DNA of 64,000 nt from Emiliania huxleyi CCMP1516 (taxonomy: Eukaryota): assembly GCF_000372725.1 (NCBI RefSeq), contig NW_005202113.1, positions 124,001 through 188,000 on the forward strand, written 5' to 3'. The position numbers and the translations under genes were made by a program. The first letter of the stretch is position 1. The number at the start of each line of letters is the position of its first letter. The notes under the pieces were generated by a model, which saw only the letters and a list, made by a program, of their open reading frames with translations, searched no databases and was not told the DNA's origin. Shown here piece after piece: positions 41,421 through 53,741 of this stretch.

Positions 41421-43694
41421 CAGCAGCTCCCTTTTTCTTTTGACGGGGAGATCGCGCTGTTGCATCTTTCAAACAACTTTGGCTCAGGGACGATATCGTC
41501 CGTCCCTGAGGCGACTCTACTTTGTTCAGAGTTTCACGGAGGGGCGAGCTCGTAGGCGTATAGAGATGCAAAGGTGTTGGCGCACCTGCGCGGGGGGGCG
41601 TGGCGACGAGACGCGCGACAGGAGCTGATAATAACGGCCGCCTCGTCGTCGAGCTCGGCGGAGACGATGGTCGCCTTGCGTTTGAACCCCTCGATTGGCG
41701 TCGCACTCGTCGAGCGTAACCAGTCCGCCCTCGGATGACAAACAAAAGTATTGCTAAAAATCTCTCTCTCGGATGACTTGTTGAGCGCACGGGGAGCGCG
41801 CGATCTCAGGTCAGCTCGGGGCGCGAGAGGCCTCCAAATGTAAAATCTTTTGCAATGCAGGCGGATCATCTCCTCCTTTGCAACGCATATGGCGCCGCGG
41901 ACCGGTCCGTACCGGACCCGCCCCTGATCGTGTTCTCTTCTTCGACCTGAGCCAAGTCCAGGATGCTCAAGAGCCCCCACCCGCCCACCCACCCCCTCCC
42001 CCCCCGTGTCGATGTACGATGGTCGTGCGTGGCATGACCACCAGAAAAATAAAGTTAATCTGGGACGAGCTGCGCCACCCCTCGTGGCAACTCTTGACAC
42101 GTCCGCCACCGGCGCCGCCCGTGGAGAGTGGCGGAGCAGCGCGGGTGGAGGCAAGGGCGGTGGCGGTGAGGGTGGCGGCGGCGTGGGTGGTGGTGGCGTG
42201 GGTGGTGGTGGCGGAGGAGCGCTAGTGGCGAGGGCGGAGGAGAGGCTCTGGGGGGAGGCGAGGGCCCTAGGGGGTACCCATGCGGGGGGGAGATGGGGTC
42301 CCATGGCCCGCCGCAGGCGCCGATTTTTTTGAGATTTTTTTCTTTTTTTGTGCGATTTTTCACTTGTTTTTTTCAGGGAATTCGGCGTACTTGCGGCCAT
42401 GCTATCACGCCTTGCGACATCCTTTCGGCGCTGCTGACCGTGCCATGCTGCTCAACTGACCGCCTGCATAGCTCGCGGCCTTAGTCTTCGGCATTCAGTG
42501 ACGACCTGATCGTACGGCCAGTAGGAAGGTGTCCTTCCAGCGCGTGCACGCTTCTGACGCAATGCGCGTCACAAACTGCCTCGGATTGGCTGCTGGCACT
42601 CTCGAGGCTATGCCTACACAGCCTCGCGCGCATGGGCAGTCAAGAGGGACCATGCACCTTCTCAGGACAGCGCCGGTGCCTCTCTCTTGGACCGGCAAAC
42701 GTGGTGGTCTCGTGTCACCGATGTGGGACCAGTGCGGCATCGCGCCATCGACAGCTCTGAACTGCGCCTCACCACTGACCGGGAAGGCCGCCAAGTGGGT
42801 CAGCACCGGTCGCACATTGTGGCAGCAGTCAGCAGCGCATGTCTGATAGCTAGAGCAGCAGCGTCAGGGTCGCAGGGTCGGATCGTGTCAAGCCTCTCGC
42901 CCGGCCGGCCGTGTGCAGACGTCGGCCTGTCTGCTGTCTGGAGTGATCTGTCGGCGGTCAGTACGACCGATCAGGTCGGAAGTTTCTTATGGTTGGAGGG
43001 TCTATCTGTATGTACTCCTCGAGATCTCTCCAAATCTGCCCTCTGATTAACCTAGCTTAATCGGGAAGTCGGTGCTAGCTGAGACTAGCGGAGCCGGAGC
43101 CCCGTTTCCGCACTGCGGCGCGGCGCACGGTGCCTCCGGGGGGCCCCGCGCCGGCCCAGAGAGGAGAGGGTGGCGGCGGCGATGGCGGCAGTGGGGTGGG
43201 CGGCGGTGGCGAGGGTGGCGGCGGCGAGGGAGGTGGAGGAGAGGGCGGGTACGGGAACGGCGCTGGTGGATGCGAGGGTGGTAGGGGAGAGGGCAGCGGT
43301 CGAGGGGGTGGCGAAGGCAAGTGTGGTGGCGGCGAGGGCAGCAGAGGTTCGGATGGTAGCGGCGACGGCGGTGGCGAGCTGGGTGGTGGTGGCGAGGCTA
43401 GCGGTGGAGAGGGAGGCGGTGGACAGTGCTCGGCGGAGACAGAGGAGGATTGCAGTACTGAACAAATAGGAGGATTGCAAAACCTAAAAGAAACACTCAA
43501 ACCTTGATGAGGGAGGTCATTACGACTGCACGACGAGGCCGCCGCATCCGAGCCTGATGGCGGTCGAGCCGGCCGAGCTGGCCTCGGCACGGCCGTGTCG
43601 CGCTGCGTCAGACCCCGGGTGTTGCCAACACCGGTCGGTACTGCAGTCGATCTCCGCCCAGCCACCGCGGCCATCGCCAGTCCTTTCCTTTGAG

Positions 43695-44685
43695 ATGTTG
43701 CCGTCTGACTGCATCGCGAGCCTCCTGCGCCACCTTCCGACTCCGGATCTGGCCCGCACCGGTCTAGCGTGCAGACAGCATCACGAGGCCGTGGCCTCGG
43801 TTTTGCGCCTCCGCATCAAAGAGTCAGGCCTCTACCTCCCGCCGGTGCTGCCGCAGAGCCCGACCGCGACGATGAATCTGCTTCTGAGGTTGGAGCAAGG
43901 CCGCGCGGACGCGCAGGGCCGTGCGGCGGCGCACGCGGCGGCACGCGCCGCCGCTCTCGAAACCGGCAGGCAGGAGCGCCTCGCTGCGCTGCACCGGCTC
44001 GAGACTGCAATCCTCGCGAGGCTCAAGCAGTGGTGCCGCGCAATCAGCCCTCATCATGCCTCACCCCGAGCGGCGCACCTGAGTCACACCCCTCCCAATC
44101 GCAGGCGCGCGTCGGGTCCCGCGCCTCCCGGCGTTGCGTTCCGAATCACCGATGGCTTCGGCATCATCCAGCGTCTGCGCGACGAGCGGGAAGACGACGA
44201 GCGGCGGGCGTCGCTTGCCGCCGCCGCGACAATGCGCTCGAGGCCGCGCCTCCCGTACGCGAGACGCGAGAGCCGTCGTCAGACTCGATCCCCCGCGCCT
44301 CGAGCCCCCCACACCCTTCGCCTCATCGTGACCTGCACTTGCGGCTGATGACTCACGCCACTCCCTGCTCGCGCACTGCAGGGTCGCGGCTCTCGAAGTT
44401 GAGCATGCGGCGGTCGTCGAGGCGTGCCACGGGCGCATCATGGACCTCGCGCTCGTTCAGCAGGCGGTCGGGCGAAACGTCCGCCGCGTCCGCGAGGGGG
44501 TGGCGGATGCAGTTGTGACCGAGGACGCCCTCAGCGACGCCCTGCTCACAAAGGGGGGAGAGCTCATGCAGATCTCCCGTGCGCTGCTCGTGCTCGAGTC
44601 CGAGTCGACGGCGCTCGAGCGGGATGCGACGCGGCTGCTGCGCCAGGCGCGCAACCTCTCGCGCTTCCTGCATCGCAAGGAGTAA
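43695..44685 (+). CDS. F-box-like protein with coiled-coil region; multi-exon
   Basis: LPSDCIASLLRHLPTPDLARTGLACRQHH fits the F-box consensus. The downstream exons are inferred. Confidence 0.6.
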
Positions 44686-45054
44686 GCTCAGCTGATTGTC
44701 GCGGGATCCGTTCGCCGCCAGAATGCGTCGCATGAGCTTCCATGGCGGGGCCGAGCCAGCATGGTGAGGAGGTTTTCGCATGGGGTGAGGTGCAGGTGGT
44801 TTGGGTTCCTCCAAGTGCTCCTCTAGTCCGAGTCGGGGGTCTGTGCGCATGTCGGGCGGTGAATGTTTGCAACGAAAAATACTAAGACGATGCAGCTGTG
44901 TGCGTGTACCTTAGAGGTACGAACGCACCTTCGTGCTACGAAGAGCTCTGTGACCACCTGATCCTGTGGGCCGGCCCGCCGCCGGGCGGCGCGTGCTCAC
45001 GGGACACGGCTCAGGGTCCCCAGAAAAAAAAGTTGGTCCGGTTGCAAAAACACT

Positions 45055-46262
45055 CTAGTGTACCCCTCTCCAAACAGGCATGCCGTTGAGATGCCAACCG
45101 ACCGCGATGCGCGTGACTGAGCTGTCTGGGCGGGCCACGCGCCGGTCGCTCGCAAACGCGCGCGGCGTCGCGCAACCCGAGCGCACGCGGGGGCTTGCCG
45201 ACTGCGCACGCGGCGATTTCGACGTGGCGAGCGAGGCGGCACGCGCTCCCGACAGCGCGGGGGGTGCGCTTCCTCGCCGCACCTGCTCGCGCGGGCTCGG
45301 CATCGCCCGCATGCACGTCGCATCCGCCGCGTTGCCCCCGCCCGCCTCTTGCGTCTCCCCACCATCCGCTGCGTGCGAAAGCATGGCTCTTCTCCGCGCC
45401 TCGCGGCGCCGATCGAGATCCTTGGCTGCCGCGCGCTGGTCGCTAGCCTCACGGATCGAGTCAAAACTCGCGGCACCGATGGTCCGGACCCACTTTTTGT
45501 GCCGAATCGTCGCCCCGGCTGCCAGGTGATGCAGTTGGTCGCCCCGGGCCCACCGCTCGTTGCCATTCCGCGCGGCCGTTGTCGTCGTGGAGTCGTTCCG
45601 CACGAGGTACACGGCCTCGGCCGCGTCTCGCAGTGGGAGCGGGGGGACCTTTGGATGCGCCAGCTCTATTCCGACAACGCGTACTTCGGTGGCTCCGCCC
45701 CTCTCGCCTGAGCCGTTGAGGACGGCCCGGTCTCCGCTGCGGAACCTGGCCACTTTGTGAATCACCTTGGGGTCCGTGAGGTTGGGCTTCCAGCGCGAGC
45801 TCTCGAGGTCCGGGATTCCACCCGGCTTGTCATTCCAGGGCGGCTGTAGCGGCAAGTACAGGTCCGCGACGTTCATCGCGGCCCGATCGCCAAAGTCTTT
45901 GTCGTCTGCACGCAACTCCAGCACCCGCAGGACCTTTCGGTCCCCCTCCATCGTCCGCAGCGCCCGCGACACGTCGGACTCGCGTTCGGCTGCGAGGTAC
46001 CTCCTCTCGTCTCTCGCCTCGTTTCGAGCAAATGCATCGCGCCGCGTCTCCTCGAGCAGAGCAAGAGCCTCTCTCCGCTCGGCCGCATGGCGCGTCCGCT
46101 GCTCGCGAATCTCCTCCTCCATCGCCAGCGTCTCGCGCAGCAGCTGCCGATGGAGGTTGCGCCTGTGAACCCGCCTCCGCACACGCCGCTGGGCGCGTAG
46201 CATGCACAGGGGGACGCAATCTGGGGCTGGTGCCCCGGCCTCGGCCGGCATCACACACATGA
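45055..46262 (-). CDS. Hypothetical protein with a coiled-coil segment
   Basis: Long ORF with a non-low-complexity composition. Family not recognised; start and end uncertain. Confidence 0.5.
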
Positions 46263-46495
46263 CCATCTCGTCAGATGTAACGGCCGCTGCATTGGCGCCT
46301 CGCTCTGCTGGACAGTTCTTTGTTTCTTTTCCCGCTTCACCGGGGAGAGACGCAATCCGGGGCCGATGTCTGTGTCGAAATCTGTAAACCGCCTGTTTTG
46401 TTGTCCAACGCGGCCAAAGGATATCCACCTCGAGAACCTCGAGAGTTGTCCCTGGGCTCACGCAGATTTCTTGGCTGTTCCCACCAACCGCCAAG

Positions 46496-48831
46496 ATGGA
46501 CGACTCCGACAAGCGGCGGCGACCGCACCCCTACGGCTTCCCCTTCCCACCTTACCACGTGCAGGAGGCTCTCATGGCCGACATCTACAAGTGCCTCGAT
46601 GACGGCGGCGTCGGCATGTTTGAGTCTCCGACCGGCACCGGCAAGTCGCTCTCTTTGATCTGCTCGACGCTGCAGTGGCTGCTCGACCAGGAGGCCAAGG
46701 ACGCGGCGGGAGAGGCGGGAGCGGGTGCGAGCCCCGCTCCAACGAGCAGCACCGGCGGCGATCCGTCTTGGGTCGACGAGCAGGTCGCGGCGACGGCGCA
46801 GCAGGAGCGCGCACACCTTCACTCGGAGCTCGTCGAGCGGCGGCGGCTGCGCAAGGCGCGGGTCGCCGCGTACGCCGCGGCCAGCTCGGGGGCGGCGGCG
46901 AGCCGACCCGGGCGGAAGCGGCTGCCCGGCGAGCCCTCGGGCAACAGCGGCGCTGGTCCGTCCGACCCGGACGGCGGCGAAAGCGAGTTTGTCGTCGACT
47001 GGAGCGGCGGCAAGGGCGGCGACGCAGAGACGATTGACCCGTCGCTCCTCGCCGACGGGACGGAGGAGGAGGACGAGTGCCGCGCGCGCTGCCGGCAGGT
47101 GCTGTACTCGTCGCGCACGCACTCACAGCTCGCGCAGGTCATTGGCGAGGTGAAGAAGACGAGCCTGGCGGGGAAAGTCAGCGTGGTGACGATCGGCGCG
47201 CGCAAGACGCTCTGCATCAACGAGTCGCTGGGCGGCTTGGACGGGGCGCGACTCAACGATGCGTGCCGCCAGCTGCGCGAGAAGGACAAGGAACAGCGCG
47301 GCGTCGAGCAGCGCGAGCGCTCCAAGGCGGCGGCGGAGAGCGCGAGGCGGCGGCGCGAGGGCATCCTAACCGAGGAGGCGGGCGCGGAGGCGGGGCGGGG
47401 AGGCTGCCCGCACCTGCGCGGTGGTGCGGCGCGACAGACGCGGCTGGTCGACCAGATCCTGAGCTCCCCGCTCGAGATTGAGGAGTGTGCCAGCCTCGGG
47501 CGGGCCGAGAACAGCTGCCCCTACTACGCGGCACGCGCGGCGCTCGACGAGGCGCAGCTCGTGTGTCTGCCGTACCCGTCGCTGCTCAACTCGGCGACGA
47601 GGCAGGCGCTCGGCGTCCGGCTCGGCGGCTCGGTGGTCCTGATCGACGAGGCGCACAACCTCATCGACACCATCAACGAGATGCACTCGGTCACGCTCTC
47701 TGCTCGCCACCTCTCCGAGTGCTCCGCCCAGCTGGCGCAGTACGAGGAGCGCTACTCCGGCCGCCTCAAGCCGTCCAACCGGACGATGGTGCGCAGGCTC
47801 CTCTTCGTGGTCCGCGCGCTGCGAAAGGCGCTCACGCCGCCGCGCACTGCGAACGGCGCCGCCGCCGCCGCCGCGGCAGTGGAGCGGATGATCCACGTCA
47901 ATGCCCTGCTGAGCGTGTACGACCTCGACAACATCAACCTTCTGGAGCTCAAGCACTTTTGTGAGAAGTCGTTGATTGCAAACAAGCTGCAGGGCTTCGC
48001 CGAGAAGAGCCAGCGCGCGGCGGGCCCGGCGGGGCTCGCCGCGGGCGCGGGCGCGCATGCGCGTGACGCGCCGCGTGTCACTCTGCACCCCGTCATCGCT
48101 CTGCTCGAGGGCCTCGCCCACTCCGACAAGGACGCGAGGGTGCTGCTGCACGTCGAGCCGCTGCAGCCCCTCCGCCCGCCCGCCGCCTCCCGCCCCGACT
48201 CGTGGCTGCGCGTGCTCCACCTCAATCCCGCAACCTACTTCGCATCTGTCCTCTCTGAGGCGCGCCGCTGCGCCGCGCCGCGCGCTGCCCCATCCGCCTC
48301 CCCGGAGCCTTGCCGGCGCCCTCCTCAGGCGCACGCCGTCGTGCTGTGCGGCGGGACGATGCAGCCGTTCGAGGACCTGCGCCAGCAGCTCTTCACCAAC
48401 CTGCCCCCCGGCCGGCTCCGCACCGCCGCCTACGGCCACATTGTGCCGCCCGAGCGGGTGGCGCCAGTCATCTTCTCTCGCGGCCCGCGCGGATCGCCGT
48501 TGTCGTTCTCGTTTGGCAGCCGCGGCGCACCCGCGCTGATGGACGAGCTCGGGGAGCTGCTGCTCGCGCTCGCTGCCACCGTGCCCGACGGGCTCGTCGT
48601 CTTCGTGCCCTCATTCCAGTACGAGGCGCAGCGATGGGCCGCGTGCCCCTGCCACGTCCTCACGCGTCCCACCGACAATGCCCGGCAGGTACGAGGCGCA
48701 GCTCGTCGCGCGCTGGGAGGCGACGGGCCTCTGGGCGAAGCTCGACGCGCTCAAGCGCACCTTCCGCGAGCCCCGTGCGACGGCCGACCTCGACAAGGTG
48801 TTGAGCGAGTACGCCGCCACCGTCGCGCAGC

Positions 48832-48883
<52 letters not shown>

Positions 48884-49280
48884 GCTGCTCCTGTCGGTGG
48901 TGGGCGGCAAGATGTCCGAGGGGATCAACTTCTCGGACCGGCTCGGCCGCTGCGTCGTGATGGTCGGCTTGCCGAACGCGAACCCGTACGAGCTCACGCT
49001 GCAGGAGAAGATGGGTCACCTCGACGCCGTGCAGGGAGTGGGCGCCGGCCGGGCCTACTACGCGAACCTGTGCATGAAAGCGGTCAACCAGTCCATCGGC
49101 CGCGCTATTCGCCACCGGGCTGATTTTGCCGCCATCGTGCTTGCCGATGCGAGATTCGTCAAGCCGACCGTCCGCTCCAAGCTGCCCGCGTGGATCGAGC
49201 GACGTGTCGAGGCGCCGGACTCGTTCGAGGGGTCGATGGCGGCGGTGCGCGGATTCTTTGCGCGCTTTCCCGACCCGTGA
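46496..49280 (+). CDS. DDX11: DEAH-box Fe-S DNA helicase DDX11/ChlR1; introns about 48260-48328 and 48619-48688
   Basis: FPFPPYHVQ, FESPTGTGKSLSLIC, YSSRTHSQLAQ, CPYY, IDEAHNL, GGTMQP, VVGGKMSEGINFSD and AVNQSIGRAIRH. Confidence 0.95.
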
Positions 49281-49693
49281 AGGCAAGGCGTCGAGAGCGG
49301 CCGTGTGCGCCGCCCAGACTCGACGCAAGCGGCATGCTGAATAAACTACGTACTGTGTTAATTGTGTAGACTGTAGTTTTGTACCCCCGCTGTCCAGCCG
49401 CTGTCCACACATGTACATGTACATATGCTGTATGTTTCTCTACTGTGTTTCTCGACTGAGTTTTTCGACTCTGGTATGTTGAATTTTCTCGTGGCTCGTG
49501 TGTCGATGGCTGGCAACCGCATTTTCGGGGGTCTCTCGCGCATGGTCAATCCTTTTACGGTAGTCCACGACTCGTCGTCGTCACTGGGCCTTGCACTTTG
49601 AATGCCGTGGGGCTCCTGTCATTAGACGTGGAGACGCGAGGGTCGCCCCCCCTTGCCCCACCACCTCGTGTGTGTGGAGAAGTTTACCTTACC

Positions 49694-50785
49694 TTACCTT
49701 ACCTTAGCGTTAAAGTAGCCGGGCCCCGCCCTTTCTGGATTCTGCCTTTGTGTCCGAGCCGCTATCTCGTCACAGTCATCACGGCGTCCTAGCTTCAACA
49801 CTCGCCGCAGCAGGTGAGCTTCTTCCCCTGCCTTTCTCCAGGCGGAGTCCTCCTTAGCGAGGCGGACCGCACGGTCGACGATCGCTTCCAGCCGCGTCTG
49901 CTGCTCTGTGAGTTGTCGCCTCGCCGTCGCACAGCTTGCGCCAAGGAGGGAGCAACAGCCGATGCCGTGACGCGCGACGCTTGCATCTGTATGGTGAGTC
50001 TCGAGCGCATCTGCGAGGGATCCAATGATTTGGGACGGACCTTCGCATGCGGCGTCGCGGCGGGACTGGCACTTGCATAGCCACAACCTCAGGTCAGAGA
50101 GCAGCACCCTGCAGACGGGCGCCGCCGGAGAGCATCCAATCTGCAACACTTGGGCGGCGACGTGGCGAGCCTCGTCAGTGTCGCTCGTGGTGGCATTGGC
50201 CCGCGCAGCGCACTGATGCTCGAGGGTAAGCATGCCCCAGTGAGCTGCCTCGAGCCGCAGGCGCCGGAGAGCAGCGGGTGCGAGCTCCTCAATCGCTGCC
50301 TCCCCGTCGCCAAGCCAAGCCAAGAGGCTGGAGATGGTTGCGGCGTCGCGATTAAGTACGAGCTCGAGCTGGCCCGGGGGTGGGCCGTCCCCAAAAAAGG
50401 CAGCCGCCGTGGCGTCACCGCTCTTGGTCGCGTCGTCGACGAGCTTTTTTACGAGCATGGCGAGGCCGGAATCAGACTCACGTTGCATGAGCACCTGCGC
50501 GGTGGTGACAAAGGTGGCCCCGCCTGCAATGAGATGCAGCCGTGTCTGCTGTCCTGCTTCGGCTTCGACGGCCCTCGTACGCGACGCTCTCCACGCCTCC
50601 TGCTCTCGCCGAAGTTCGTTTGCAGCTCTCAAGACCTCAAATTCCTTTGCAGACAAATCGGCCCGCGTCTCCTCCACCTCACGATCGAATTGAGTGCGGC
50701 GAGCCAGCAGCGCTTCTGAGTCCGCCTCGAGCACAGTCACTGCGCGTGCCGCCGCCTCGGCCAGCGCAGACACCTCCGTCGTCAT
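49694..50785 (-). CDS. BTB/POZ (KCTD/T1-type) domain protein
   Basis: LIAGGATFVTTAQVL...LNRDAATISSLLAWL...LEAAHWGM, preceded by a coiled coil. Confidence 0.7.
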   Translation of the reverse strand: MTTEVSALAEAAARAVTVLEADSEALLARRTQFDREVEETRADLSAKEFEVLRAANELRREQEAWRASRTRAVEAEAGQQTRLHLIAGGATFVTTAQVLMQRESDSGLAMLVKKLVDDATKSGDATAAAFFGDGPPPGQLELVLNRDAATISSLLAWLGDGEAAIEELAPAALRRLRLEAAHWGMLTLEHQCAARANATTSDTDEARHVAAQVLQIGCSPAAPVCRVLLSDLRLWLCKCQSRRDAACEGPSQIIGSLADALETHHTDASVARHGIGCCSLLGASCATARRQLTEQQTRLEAIVDRAVRLAKEDSAWRKAGEEAHLLRRVLKLGRRDDCDEIAARTQRQNPERAGPGYFNAKVR

Positions 50786-51152
50786 CGCGCCCAAACGTTT
50801 CACTTCGATCACACCACTCCGACGCGCTCGACTCTCGTGTCTAGTCTTCGGGGACGTGCCCCCCCGGGAAAATTCGTATATATCGGGAAAGTGAGCGACG
50901 ACTGGAGCAAATTGCACACTTCCCCCGCAGATCGCCCTCAGTGGGGAGACTAGTTTTGGTTCGCGCCGGCGCGCTCGTTGCTCCTCCGTCTCTTTTCCAT
51001 CTTCCTTAATTGCAGTGGTTTGTTGAAGATTGACGAGGTTTCGCGGATTGCCCACGCATCGGACGCACGTGTTTATGGAGTTTGCCTCCGTCTGCACATC
51101 GCTCGCCGCCGCAGTTCCATCCGCCCGCCTCGATTGCTCCTCCGTGTACCGA

Positions 51153-52031
51153 AATGCAGTCGTCGCCCTCTTCCCGATCTGTCCTTCAAGCCGTCCTAGC
51201 CACGCTGGTCGTGGCACTCACAAACCTTCTGCTCATGTTCGCAAACTGGCTGCTGCGCTGTTGTCTTCAGCTACGACCGCCTACGGCAAAGCGTACCACC
51301 CGCACACATGCCTTGCATTGTGAATACCACTGGGCTCTGTTGGTGATGTATGGTTCGGGGCAGAGTCCAACTTGCCCCACACTATCGTGTGTGACACACT
51401 GGCACCTTGCCTTCCCTCCGCAGGTCGACCCGGCGTGGCCGCGGCCGTCATCCTATCCCAGGACTGTCCCCGCGGTCCTCACGCCCGAGGAGACGGAACT
51501 TCTTGCCAAGCTGTACTGGACCCTTAGAGCCCGCAACTTCTACGGCCGGGGTCGCGTCCCGTACTACTCGCTGCTCGAGCACATGCGCCGCTTTGAAGAG
51601 CCGAAGCTCGCGGGGATCGTCGAAAAGCTCCAGGCGATAGCAACCAAGATTTGCGGCGGTAGAGTCGTGATGCACAACGACTTTTGGTCGATGCGCGCCC
51701 ACGGATCACTCAGCCCGTTCGAGGCGCGACACCGCGACGACGACTTTTGGCTCACGGGCTACGGGGGCGGTTACGGAGGCGTCAACCTGTGGGTGATGCT
51801 GCAGCAGGTGGATACCCCAAGACACTTTTGAGACCCGCCCCCCGCCTCACGCGGCGCCCTCACATCTCTCAGTCGCGCGCGCCGTGCTCGTTTGCGGTGT
51901 ACACGCGCGAGAAGAACGAGGCGGTGTACGCCGAGACGCCCGATTGCGCTGCCGTCTTCTTGGGAGAACGGGAGCGGGGAGCGCATCGCGACACGGAGGG
52001 GGGCTGGGCAGGGTTCACCCCTGGTGCATGA
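51153..52031 (+). pseudogene. Possible 2OG-Fe(II)/PhyH-like dioxygenase gene truncated by a retroposon fragment
   Basis: HRD (HxD) motif followed by VNLWVML. The last exon runs into a subfamily-B fragment (51966-52020) before any distal His strand. Confidence 0.4.
51966..52020 (-). mobile_element. Internal fragment of retroposon subfamily B
   Basis: GAACGGGAGCGGGGAGCGCATCGCGACACGGAGGGGGGCTGGGCAGGGTTCACCC matches about 55270-55324. Confidence 0.85.
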
Positions 52032-52264
52032 ATTCTTTTCTCAGGTGTACCTGTGTTCGTGCCAGTGCGCGCCAGTCCCGTGCCCAGTGTCGTGCGAGGG
52101 AGTTTTGTTGTAAGATTCTTTTCTCAGAGGTGACCTTCGCGGAGCACACCACCAGAGGCCTCCGCACAAGGGTGAACGCGGCGCGTTCGGTGGCGGCCGA
52201 ACACACGCTCGGAGCATACAGAGCCCGCTCGCACCATCCTGCGCCACTGTGAGCGTGGCGCAAT

Positions 52265-53276
52265 ATGATCGCCAGCAGCGTGATTGTTCTCGGCCTCGTG
52301 CGCACGCCTCTCCAGAGCTTCCTGCCGGTGCTCGAGGCGCCTCCTGCCCGCCAGCCTCGCGTCCTCCTTCCTCACCGCATGAGCCTCGCGTTGCCGTCTT
52401 GCGCGGCTTCTGGCTTCTGGACGACGGCGGCGGCTGGCGGCTGCACCGGGCTTCTCGGCCAGCTCGGCTTTCAAGCACTCTTCGAGCGCTCATCGGACCC
52501 GGTGCTGAATCGGGCGGCTGGCAACACGGCGCACTCGCTTGTCGCTGCAGCGTACTGCCTCTTTGCGACCGTGTTTGGCGTCGCCGGCTGGTGCTTCAGC
52601 ACCTTTGGCTGCACTTCGACCGCGGCGGGGCGAGTCTTGGCTCCGCTTGGCTGCGTGCGCTGGCTCGGCGCCTTCGCCTTCGGGATCATCGCTCTCTGGG
52701 ACATACCAACGTGCTTTGCCGTGAAGGAGCTGAGAAAGCCGTCCTTCCTGCTGCACCATTTTGCGATGGCGGCCGTTGGCGGCCTGGGCGCCTACTACTG
52801 CCCGACCTACTATGGCCTCTTCTTCCTTGGAGTCGTCGAGGCCTCCTCGGTCCCGCTCTCCGTCTACGAGGGCCTTGAGCGTGCGAGCGAGATCGCCGGA
52901 GAGGGCACCTCAGCGGCGGAAGAGGAGCGGTGCGCTCGCCTGAAGCGGTGGCGCGACGCGGCGCAGGCAGTCGCCACGGCCGCCTTCCTCTTCACTCGGC
53001 TGTACCTCTTCACGCGTGTCACCTTTTTTGAGTTTTGGCCTGACGCGCTGGCCGTCCTGCCGACGATGGCGGCCGGCGGCGCCCGGAACACGGCGCCGCG
53101 TCGCGGGCCGGCGCGGGCGCGTAGATCCGATCACGTCTCACTCCGTCTGCTGAGGATAGGTCCGCTTCTTGCTGGGAGCCTCCGCCGCCTTTGTGGCGCT
53201 TCAGTTCTTCTGGTTCGGCCAGATCGTGCAGCAGGTGTTTGTCGACAAGTGGCTGGCTCGGAAAGAGGCGGCGTGA
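52265..53276 (+). CDS. TLC (TRAM/LAG1/CLN8) domain membrane protein; intron about 53092-53159
   Basis: AHSLVA, FLLHH, VEASSVPL, FLFTRL and LQFFWFGQIV motifs with multiple TM helices. Confidence 0.85.
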
Positions 53277-53741
53277 ACTTGCCTGGTACTTGCGAGCTAG
53301 TGCACTCGTTCCGGTCTCTCTGATGGATTTCACGCGTATCTTCATTCTTCTGCCATCGGCGCGTTCCTCGGGGGCGTCGTACCGTATACCGGTATACGTC
53401 AGGAGGGAAAAGGGGAAACCGAGAGTGTTTAGAGAGTATCCCTTACCTTACCGCAGGACCTCCCATCGGAACCACATCCCGCGAGAAGAGCCAGCAAGAA
53501 ATGACTTTAATGCAGCTTGCCACGCAGGTCTATTTTGTGAGACTGAAAGACTCTCTGAGCCGAGCTCCGAGCTGTGAGACACGAGAGGGTACTAACTGCG
53601 GCTTGCCGCAGCAACAACGCGCGCACAAAAAAGCACGACGCACGAGCAGCCCCGAGGCTTGTTATTTCTCCCTCCTGCCACAAGCAAGCATAAGAGACCG
53701 CGTCATGTCGTGTAGGAGTACTACTAACCGTGTCGTGCAGC

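Noticed and set aside
49686..49706. Interstitial telomere repeat
   Set aside because: The unit is TAAGG, not TTAGGG, and there are only four copies.
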